Origin: an uncultured Acidobacteriota bacterium
Lineage (GTDB): Bacteria > Acidobacteriota > Blastocatellia > RBC074
Direction of reading: 5' to 3'
DNA length: 64,000 nucleotides
Assembly (NCBI GenBank): GCA_963796275.1
Contig: CAWCKY010000004.1
Location: 320,001 to 384,000, forward strand
How positions within the stretch are numbered: the stretch's first letter is position 1; every line of letters begins with the position of its first letter. Under the pieces are notes generated by a model. That model made no database searches. It was given only the letters and a program-made list of their open reading frames with translations, and was not told the origin of the DNA. The position numbers and the translations under genes are program-made. Shown in pieces: positions 55,139 to 64,000 of the stretch.

Positions 55139-55276
55139 TAGGAGGGAGTAGCGATTACTGAACAAAAATCCGGGCGAGCGATAGCGGGCGAGTCTTTATT
55201 GACAGATCATTGAGAGAAGCACGTTCGCTACCGGTCGCATGTACTGATTTTTGCTCAGTATCCTCAAAATCATTCT

Positions 55277-57073
55277 TTGTCCAAGTCGAAAAATCCTCGT
55301 GTTGAATACGAAAGACGTCTGACAAACAGGCGAGATTCACTAGCCCACGAACAACAGCGTAGTCGATATATATGGATATGGCGGAGAATCGTCTTCGCCG
55401 CGATTGCGCTTTTCATCGTGCTTGCCGTCGAAAATATCATCGCGCCCTGGTGGATCGCTCTTCCCATCGTTGTCTTCATAGCGCTGATGGCTATCCATCA
55501 ACGCATTAATTCAGAACGTGATCATCTGGATCGCTCAGTGAAATTCTACGAGCGCTGTCTGGAACGACTCGACGATCGTTGGGCGGGCGCCGGAGAGCCC
55601 GGAGAGAGATTCGCCGACCAATCGCATCTCTACTCGGAAGACTTGGATATCTTTGGCTCGGGCTCCCTCTTCGAATTACTGAACACGGCGCGAACGAAGG
55701 CTGGCGAAGAGAAGCTCGCGTCATGGCTGCTCGCCCCCGCAACCATCTCCGAAGCGCGCGCCCGGCAAGCAGCGATTGATGAACTTAGGTCGAGGCTGGA
55801 TATGCGCGAAGACCTGGCAGTTCTCGGCGCTGACATCCGTTCCGGAATTCATCCGGAAAAGCTAACTGCATGGGCAACCGCGGCGCCTCACCGCTTCCCT
55901 CCTCTGATGCCGATTGCTGCTGCGCTGATCGGCATCTTTACATTGGTTGCTATCGTCTTATGGATCGGCTTCGGTTTTAAATTGCTCGTATTGACAGCGT
56001 TGCTCTGTGAGATGATTTTTCTCTTCATCTATCGCACGCAGATATCGCGCGTGATATCTGCCGTTGAGCTTCCGAGCCGGGAATTGACGCTGCTGGCAGA
56101 AACCCTCGCGCGTCTGGAACGAGAAGAGTTCCACTCGCCGAAACTGGTCAATCTGCGCCGGGCACTCGAGACCGCAGGATTGCCTCCGTCAAAACAGATC
56201 GCGCATCTGGTTCATCTGACGCAGGCTCTCGATTGGATGAAGAACCAGTTCTTCGGTCTGATCGCCTTCATACTGCTTTTGCCCGCGCAACTCGCCTATG
56301 CAATCGAACGGTGGCGACAGAGATCCGGCGCGAAAATTCCGCAATGGATCGAGGCGGTAGGCGAAATCGAGGCTTTGAACTCACTGGCCGGTTACGCTTA
56401 CGAACATCCGAACGACCCATTTCCGGAGCTTACCGAAGATGAAGAGTGTCTGGAGGGAGAAGCTCTCGGTCATCCTTTGATTTCCGATTCATATTGCGTA
56501 CGTAATGACGTAGCGCTCGGAGCAAGCGGGGCCAAACTGCGCCTGCTGGTCGTCAGCGGATCGAATATGTCAGGGAAGAGCACCCTGCTTAGAACGATCG
56601 GAACAAATGTCGTGCTCGCGCTCGCAGGGGCTCCGGTGCGCGCCAGCCGGCTGCGGTTGTCGCCCGTGTCGATCGGCGCTTCGATTCATATTCTCGATTC
56701 CCTGCAAACAGGAGCATCGCGTTTCTATGCTGAAATCACGCGGTTGCGGCATATCGTAGCGCTAACCGAGGGCGAATTGCCGCTGCTCTTCCTGCTCGAC
56801 GAGATACTAAGCGGCACCAATTCACACGACCGGCGAATAGGTGCTGAGGCGGTCGTGAAAGGACTGGTCGAACGAGGGGCAATGGGGTTGGTCACCACAC
56901 ACGACCTGGCTTTAACGAAAATTGTCGATAGTTTGGGCGCCTCCGCGGCTAACATCCATTTCGAAGACCACCTCGAAAACGGCAAGATGAGGTTTGATTA
57001 CAAGATTCACAAGGGAGTGGTTCAACGGAGCAATGCCCTGGAGCTTATGCGCGTAGTAGGTCTCAATGTCTAA
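55277..57073 (+). CDS. Membrane-anchored MutS-related ATPase (domain V only)
   Basis: TM segments, GSNMSGKST, SRFYAE, LLDEI..GTNS, TTHD. Confidence 0.9.
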   Translation: MSKSKNPRVEYERRLTNRRDSLAHEQQRSRYIWIWRRIVFAAIALFIVLAVENIIAPWWIALPIVVFIALMAIHQRINSERDHLDRSVKFYERCLERLDDRWAGAGEPGERFADQSHLYSEDLDIFGSGSLFELLNTARTKAGEEKLASWLLAPATISEARARQAAIDELRSRLDMREDLAVLGADIRSGIHPEKLTAWATAAPHRFPPLMPIAAALIGIFTLVAIVLWIGFGFKLLVLTALLCEMIFLFIYRTQISRVISAVELPSRELTLLAETLARLEREEFHSPKLVNLRRALETAGLPPSKQIAHLVHLTQALDWMKNQFFGLIAFILLLPAQLAYAIERWRQRSGAKIPQWIEAVGEIEALNSLAGYAYEHPNDPFPELTEDEECLEGEALGHPLISDSYCVRNDVALGASGAKLRLLVVSGSNMSGKSTLLRTIGTNVVLALAGAPVRASRLRLSPVSIGASIHILDSLQTGASRFYAEITRLRHIVALTEGELPLLFLLDEILSGTNSHDRRIGAEAVVKGLVERGAMGLVTTHDLALTKIVDSLGASAANIHFEDHLENGKMRFDYKIHKGVVQRSNALELMRVVGLNV

Positions 57074-57105
57074 AAACAGGAAGGCAGGGCATTTATAAGG
57101 CAGGC

Positions 57106-57204
57106 ATTTATAATTTTAGATTTGTGATTTTACATTTGTCATTTGTAGGAAAAAGATTCCTCCATCAATGACAAATCTAAAATCACTAATCTAAAATTAT
57201 AAAT
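57106..57204. repeat. Long heptamer-periodic palindrome between convergent genes
   Basis: atttataattttagatttgtgattttacatttgtcatt / aatgacaaatctaaaatcactaatctaaaattataaat. Confidence 0.88.
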
Positions 57205-57217
57205 TCTCTGCCCTGTT

Positions 57218-58396
57218 TTACGGCAAATAATTCTGGAAAACCCGAACCACATTATCACCCATGATTTTCCTGATCTCGGCCTCGCTGAAATTCTCCTGCA
57301 ACAGCCCGTCGGTTATCTGCACGAGTCCTGTCGTATCGAAGGGAGCCTCGATTGATCCATCGAAGTCTGAGCCTAACGCGACATGGTCGACGCCGATTAA
57401 ATTAGCCGTATAACGAATCGCCCTTGCGATATCTCTGGCGTCGCGCCCGCAGACGGCCGTCTCCCAGTATCCTACGCCGACAACGCCGCCTGTCTCTGCG
57501 ATAGCTCTGAGTTGCATGTCGCTCAGATTCCGCGTGTTGTTGCAGGTGCCTTTGACCCCCGTGTGGGATACGATGACGGGCCGAGTTGCCATCAACAACA
57601 CATCATCGATGACTTTCGGCGAAGAATGCGCGAGATCGATGAAGATGCTCCGCTCCTGCATGCGTCTCACCAACTCTCTTCCCCTATCGGTCAATCCCGT
57701 TTTCCCGATGCCATGAGCCGATCCTCCCATTTCGTTATCGAAAAAATGTGCGATGCCGATCATCCGGAATCCGGCGTCGTAGAGTCTATCGAGGTTCTTC
57801 ACATCGCCGCCGAGCGCATGCGCCCCTTCAATTCCTAAGAGGCCGGCCACAATTCCCTGTTCCCTGCCGCGGCGTTCGAGATAATTCGTCACATCGATCC
57901 GTGTCCTCAGGATGACGAGCCCGCCATTTGAATCGGCCTCAGCTTCGTGCAATCGCCGCGCCTGATACAATGCGCGCTCGGTCAAATTACCCCAACTCCC
58001 AATAGGCCATCGTTCGGCAATAGCGAGCAGCGTGATGTCATCGGAATCATCGCCGTTTCTTTCAATGTTCAGGTCGCGCGGCGATTTCGTGACAACCGTG
58101 AACGCCTGGATCGCGACGTTTCCTTCAACCAAACGCGGTACATCGACGTGCCCCCAGCTTCCGCGCTCGAGCAGATCGCGATTCCACATCAATGTGTCAG
58201 CATGAAGATCGGCAATCAGTAAGGTTTGGTGAAGCTTTCGTGCAGCGGGCGATGCCTCATAGGGAGGAGGATTGAGCGTCACGTTCAATTGTTTTCCGAC
58301 GCGCGTCGGAATAATGAACCAGAATACGCACAATGCGATCGCCAGCATCGCCATGAGTATGGGGACGAGAAGAATTTTTTTCACTTTCACCATCAA
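57218..58396 (-). CDS. M19 membrane dipeptidase
   Basis: DLHAD, IEG, DLAH, SHTG, RN, GSDFDG. Confidence 0.93.
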   Translation of the reverse strand: MMVKVKKILLVPILMAMLAIALCVFWFIIPTRVGKQLNVTLNPPPYEASPAARKLHQTLLIADLHADTLMWNRDLLERGSWGHVDVPRLVEGNVAIQAFTVVTKSPRDLNIERNGDDSDDITLLAIAERWPIGSWGNLTERALYQARRLHEAEADSNGGLVILRTRIDVTNYLERRGREQGIVAGLLGIEGAHALGGDVKNLDRLYDAGFRMIGIAHFFDNEMGGSAHGIGKTGLTDRGRELVRRMQERSIFIDLAHSSPKVIDDVLLMATRPVIVSHTGVKGTCNNTRNLSDMQLRAIAETGGVVGVGYWETAVCGRDARDIARAIRYTANLIGVDHVALGSDFDGSIEAPFDTTGLVQITDGLLQENFSEAEIRKIMGDNVVRVFQNYLP

Positions 58397-58507
58397 ATAT
58401 CAAAACCACAACATCGGAAGAACCAGAATTGCAGGCGATGGGCGGCGCCTGCCCCAACTATTACGTGACGATCCGCCTCAAGCAAAAAACCAAACGAAAT
58501 CCCGTGC

Positions 58508-58536
58508 TTGACACTACCGCACGCCTCAGGCACACT
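58508..58536 (+). promoter_or_regulatory. Putative sigma70 promoter
   Basis: TTGACA-17-CACACT, followed by an inverted repeat cgatggca/tgccatcg in the leader. Confidence 0.5.
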
Positions 58537-58628
58537 GCGCGCCGATGGCATAATATATCTCTCCAGGCATTGCCATCGTGCGCTGAACTCATATTTATCA
58601 CAAAACTATTCCAAGGAGGCGGGCGACT

Positions 58629-59870
<1,242 letters not shown>

Positions 59871-59883
59871 AAATGAGGTCGCT

Positions 59884-60660
59884 ATGTCAAGCAAAACGAA
59901 AATATATATTGCAGTTTTAAGCATGCTGGCCCTCGTCTCAGGTGTCGGTCTACACCTGGCGAAGGAAGCTCTGGCTGCCAAGGGAAATGTCCGCGTTCTT
60001 TATGTCACTCAATCGAAAGGCTTCCGCCACCAATCGTTGCATGTGTCGGAAGACGTCATGGAAGAACTGGGGGCAAACAATGGGTTCGATGTAACCCTCA
60101 CCCACAAGGCTGAAAAGTACATCACTCCGGAAAACCTGAAGAACCTGGATGTCATCGTCTTTTATACGACGGGCGAGTTGCCGCTCAGCGATGTTCAGAA
60201 AAAGGCATTCCTCGATTTCATCAAATCCGGAAAAGGGTTCATCGGAATCCACAGCGCGACCGATACGTTTTACAAATGGCCCGAATACGGAGAGATGATC
60301 GGGGGATATTTCGATGGGCATCCCTGGACACAGAATGACACCGTGACGATAACCAATCTCGACCCGAAAAATCCGCTCACCGGCCACTGGGAGGAATCCT
60401 TCAATCTCAAAGAAGAGATCTACCAATACAAAGAGTTCAACAAAGACAAAGTCACGGTAACGATGGGCCTCGACAAGTCCAAAACCGACATGACCAAGAA
60501 GGGTGTCAAAGCGACGGAGTTCCCGCTGACCTGGTATCGTAGTTACGGTAACGGCCGGGTATTTTATACTGCACTCGGTCATCGCCCTGAGGTCTGGGAA
60601 GACCAGAGGTTCCAGAAGATGATCGTAAATGCGCTCAATTGGGCGGCAGGGAAAAAATAA
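59884..60660 (+). CDS. ThuA domain protein
   Basis: [35 protein letters not shown]. Confidence 0.92.
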   Translation: MSSKTKIYIAVLSMLALVSGVGLHLAKEALAAKGNVRVLYVTQSKGFRHQSLHVSEDVMEELGANNGFDVTLTHKAEKYITPENLKNLDVIVFYTTGELPLSDVQKKAFLDFIKSGKGFIGIHSATDTFYKWPEYGEMIGGYFDGHPWTQNDTVTITNLDPKNPLTGHWEESFNLKEEIYQYKEFNKDKVTVTMGLDKSKTDMTKKGVKATEFPLTWYRSYGNGRVFYTALGHRPEVWEDQRFQKMIVNALNWAAGKK

Positions 60661-60670
60661 ATGATCACTC

Positions 60671-60713
60671 GGATTGCGGATTAACGAGGAAATTACAGGT
60701 TAATCCGCAATCC
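60671..60713. terminator. Hairpin between convergent genes
   Basis: ggattgcggattaac ... gttaatccgcaatcc, perfect 15-bp stem. Confidence 0.7.
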
Positions 60714-60720
60714 CGCATCG

Positions 60721-61041
60721 TCAGTGTTCAGATGCCAATCTCAGACCGATAACACCAGCCACAATCAAAGCGATGCAGGCAATCCTCATAAGATCACGGG
60801 CCTCATCGAAAAGCCAAATCCCCAGTACTGCAGTCCCGGCGGCACCAATCCCGGTCCAGACAGCATAGGCGGTCCCGACTGGTATCGTTTTCATTGCGAT
60901 CGAAAGGAGAATAATGCTGATGATCATCGCCCCGATGGTTCCGACGCTCGGCCAGAGCCGGCTGAACCCCTCGGTATATTTCAAACCGATCGCCCAAGCG
61001 ATCTCAAGAATTCCGGCTATTATCAAATAGATCCAGGCCAC
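60721..61041 (-). CDS. sugE: SMR transporter, Gdx/SugE subtype
   Basis: [39 protein letters not shown]. Confidence 0.92.
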   Translation of the reverse strand: MAWIYLIIAGILEIAWAIGLKYTEGFSRLWPSVGTIGAMIISIILLSIAMKTIPVGTAYAVWTGIGAAGTAVLGIWLFDEARDLMRIACIALIVAGVIGLRLASEH

Positions 61042-61050
61042 AGCTCCCTT

Positions 61051-62028
61051 TCATGCTTCAACCTGTTGTCTCGCCCAGACCGCTGCACCGATCAACCCGG
61101 CATTATTGCCGAGTTGAGCTGGGACGACTTCAACACAATTTGCATCGGTAAGAAAAACCCGCTCCTGCATAGATCTACGAATTGGATCCAGGATCAATTC
61201 ACCGGCAGCCGCTATGCCGCCGCCGATCACCACGCGGCGCGGGTTGACGGCTGTGACGATATTGGCGACGCCCGCGCCGATAATCATACCGGCGAATTCA
61301 TAGATTTCGCGCGCCACTCTATCACCCGATATCGCCGCCTCGCAGATGAGCTCGGGAGTTATGCGATTGAGGTCCCGGCCGGCCAAATCGGCGATCATAG
61401 TATTACGGCCCTGGACCACTGCTTTCATCCCCATGGCGGCGATGGCTGGGCCGGAGGCGAAAGCTTCGATACATCCGCGGCTTCCGCACCCGCATCGTGG
61501 GCCATTGACGTCGACGCTGATATGGCCGAGTTCCCCCGCTGCGCCCGACGGCCCGAGATGCAATTTACCATTGATGACGAGCCCCCCTCCGATGCCGGTG
61601 CCGAGAGTGTAGCACGCAGTATCGCAACCGCGGCCTGCACCGAACTTCCATTCGCCCAAAGTCATCGCACGAGCGTCATTAATCAAAGAGACAGGCAAGT
61701 TTATCTGGTTAGACAACTGGTCCCGTACCGGCACATTGAGCCAATTGCCCGGCAGGTTAGGTAAGAAAATCGTCGTCCCTTTTTTAAGATCGAGCGAGCC
61801 CGGTAAACCGAGACCGACGCCCCCGACTTCATCTTGCGGCAATTTACTCAGCCGAATGATCTCCTCGACCAGTGCCGCAATTTGCAGGATTACCGAGTTA
61901 TGCCCTTCACGAGCGTGAGTGGGCGTCGACCGAGTGGATGTTATCTCTCCCGTGTCGGTGTTAACTAATGCGGCTTTGATGTTGGTGCCGCCTATATCAA
62001 TTCCGATATATATACTTTTATCAGGCAT
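61051..62028 (-). CDS. ROK family sugar kinase
   Basis: [28 protein letters not shown]. Confidence 0.94.
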   Translation of the reverse strand: MPDKSIYIGIDIGGTNIKAALVNTDTGEITSTRSTPTHAREGHNSVILQIAALVEEIIRLSKLPQDEVGGVGLGLPGSLDLKKGTTIFLPNLPGNWLNVPVRDQLSNQINLPVSLINDARAMTLGEWKFGAGRGCDTACYTLGTGIGGGLVINGKLHLGPSGAAGELGHISVDVNGPRCGCGSRGCIEAFASGPAIAAMGMKAVVQGRNTMIADLAGRDLNRITPELICEAAISGDRVAREIYEFAGMIIGAGVANIVTAVNPRRVVIGGGIAAAGELILDPIRRSMQERVFLTDANCVEVVPAQLGNNAGLIGAAVWARQQVEA

Positions 62029-62249
62029 ATGGTTTTAGCGGTAACGGGGGAATCTTCCACCCCATGAAATGAATACAGCTTTTACCCAATCCGAGTGCGG
62101 TTGGCAAGGATAATTGAGAAGCTCGAACTTGAAATTTGCGCCATCAGATGCACCTCAGTGGCCATTTCCTTGCGCCTTCGCGTCTTTCAGGTAGAATTAA
62201 CGCGATCCCCGAATGTTCCCATTCTCTATTTCAAGGAGATCAAATCGAT

Positions 62250-63458
62250 ATGAATCAAGGCCTACGCTGGCGGCTCAGTGTCATGATGTTCCTTCAGTAT
62301 ACGATCTGGGGGGCTTGGAATCCGGTGTTTTCCGCCTACCTCGATCAACTCGGTTTTAGCGGGACGCAAATTGGCGTGATATACGCCCTGCTGCCGGCGG
62401 CATGCATGCTCGCCCCCTTTACCGCGGGGCAACTCGCTGACCGATATTTTTCCACGGAAAAATTAATGGCAGTTCTGCACGTGCTTGGCGGAATAGCGAT
62501 GCTCTTCGCCGCGAGTGTCACTGATTACGGCAAATTGTTGCCCCTGATGCTCGCGTGGGCCGTGTTCTATGCGCCGACGCTGGCCTTGACCAATTCGCTC
62601 TGCTTCCATCATATGCCCGAAGCCGAAAAGGAGTTCGGCCTGGTTCGCGTGTGGGGAACGATAGGATGGATTGCTGTGAACCTGGGATTGACCGGCCTGC
62701 GCACTACCGGGTTGATCGCGGGGTTGGGAGGGGCGGATAGTTTGTGGCTCGGGGCAGCCCTTTCATTCGTGCTTGCCGCTTTCTCGCTCGCATTGCCCCA
62801 CACTCCGCCGGCAAAGACAGGCGATAACCCGTGGGCTTTTCTATCAGCCTTTAAACTGATGCGCGATCCGCAATTCGCTATTTTCATCATCATTTCATTT
62901 GTGGTCTCCACCGAGTTGCAATTCTATTATGTATTGACCGCGCCGTTCCTCAGTACTGTGGGCGTGAGCGATGAGCGAATGCCGATGATTATGACGATCG
63001 CGCAGGTCGCCGAGATCGGCACCATGCTCGCCCTCTCGCTGATGCTGGCGAAATGGGGCATCCGTAAAACAATGGTAATCGGGATTTTAGCCTGGCCTCT
63101 TCGTTATGCCGTATTCGCATATGGGCAGCCGCGCTGGCTGGTTATCGCTGCGCTCGCTCTGCACGGCCTGTGTTACGTCTGTTTCTTCACCGTCTCGCAG
63201 ATATATGTCAACGAGGTTGCCGGTCGCGATATTCGCGCATCGGCGCAGGGCCTGATCACTTTCGTCACTCTTGGAGCGGGTCTCTTGGTCGGCAGTTTAT
63301 TTGCCGGTTATATTAAAGATGTCTTCACCTCCGGATCCACAGTCGATTATACGATGGTCTTCATGGTTCCGCTCGTCCTGACCTTGGTCTGCGCGGTCGT
63401 ATTCACGCTCACTTTCCGTGAACGGCAGTGGAATAAGGTCGAGGCCGAACCTGTATAA
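62250..63458 (+). CDS. MFS nucleoside:H+ symporter family transporter
   Basis: LSVMMFLQY.IWGAW, ADRYF, RVWGTIGW, LPHTPP. AAGGAG RBS. Confidence 0.9.
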   Translation: MNQGLRWRLSVMMFLQYTIWGAWNPVFSAYLDQLGFSGTQIGVIYALLPAACMLAPFTAGQLADRYFSTEKLMAVLHVLGGIAMLFAASVTDYGKLLPLMLAWAVFYAPTLALTNSLCFHHMPEAEKEFGLVRVWGTIGWIAVNLGLTGLRTTGLIAGLGGADSLWLGAALSFVLAAFSLALPHTPPAKTGDNPWAFLSAFKLMRDPQFAIFIIISFVVSTELQFYYVLTAPFLSTVGVSDERMPMIMTIAQVAEIGTMLALSLMLAKWGIRKTMVIGILAWPLRYAVFAYGQPRWLVIAALALHGLCYVCFFTVSQIYVNEVAGRDIRASAQGLITFVTLGAGLLVGSLFAGYIKDVFTSGSTVDYTMVFMVPLVLTLVCAVVFTLTFRERQWNKVEAEPV

Positions 63459-63562
63459 ATGGGAATGGATAATTGATAATGGATTATGAAAGAACATATG
63501 TTCGCATTTGTTTGACCGTAATCATTACCATCTATCAATTATCCATTATCAATTATCAATTA
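63459..63562. repeat. Heptamer palindrome (ataattg/ataatgg)n ... (caattat/ccattat)n
   Basis: ggataattgataatggattatg ... atcaattatccattatcaattatcaatta. Confidence 0.8.
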
Positions 63563-63579
63563 CTTGAAGGAGATTTCGC

Positions 63580-64000
63580 ATGAGTTTTAATCGCACGCTG
63601 ATATGGCATCGCGCATCAGCTATTTTATTTTCCCTCGTATTGTTATTTACGGCCTGTGCTTCATCATCGAATGAAGCTGCGCAAATGCAATCGTCTGCTC
63701 CGCCCCAAGCTGCCGCCACATCAACACCGACATCTTCCGTGCTGGCTGTTGGGCATGACTCGACAGCGCCCGCTTCTTCGGGCGCCGCCATGACAGCGTC
63801 GCCTGCAACGACCGGCGCTCAGGGGGTCAACTGGACAACCCCGACGCGCTGGAAAACCAATCCGGGATCAGGAATGCGCGCCGCAACTTATATAATTCCG
63901 GCGGCCACAGGGGATAGCGAGGGAGCGGAGTGCGCGGTATTCAAGAATATTGGAGGAGGAGTCGCGGCGAACATAAAGCGCTGGATTGACCAGTTCGAAC
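63580..64000 (+). CDS. Hypothetical lipoprotein (runs off the window end)
   Basis: AAGGAG RBS. MSFNR...LLFTAC lipobox, Ala/Ser/Pro linker, then W..P..W...MRAATY...[10 protein letters not shown]. Confidence 0.75.
   Translation, partial: MSFNRTLIWHRASAILFSLVLLFTACASSSNEAAQMQSSAPPQAAATSTPTSSVLAVGHDSTAPASSGAAMTASPATTGAQGVNWTTPTRWKTNPGSGMRAATYIIPAATGDSEGAECAVFKNIGGGVAANIKRWIDQFE

Noticed and set aside
60724-61764. 346-aa plus-strand ORF
   Set aside because: Antisense to sugE and the ROK gene, with no motifs.

Overview
64 kb of chromosome, most likely from an Acidobacteriota (Blastocatellia-like) genome. This is inferred from the Oar-type TonB-dependent receptor, CxxC..CxxD zinc-ribbon TonB, PSCyt/DUF1501 module, LptD and S9/S46 peptidases. 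Most of the window is housekeeping, envelope and catabolic genes (argH, uvrA, moaDE, lptD, carD, carbonic anhydrase-SulP, peptidases, a sugar cluster). I saw no tRNA, rRNA, CRISPR array or intact mobile element. The most notable items are: (1) a small signal/TM ORF ending in the RAPP arrest-peptide motif, followed by a ~620-nt strongly base-paired spacer and a carbonic anhydrase-SulP operon, which is a candidate translation-arrest-controlled bicarbonate system; (2) a diverged duplication of the TonB locus at a 5560-bp offset, with an IS5 remnant, a variable-copy 50-bp repeat and a silent receptor fragment; (3) many 7- or 9-nt-periodic palindromic elements at gene junctions, one of which appears to encode a signal peptide; (4) a candidate ~80-nt sRNA next to argH; (5) an S9 peptidase/D-aminoacylase fusion. 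All calls come from manual reading and no searches were run. Some indels may be assembly errors.
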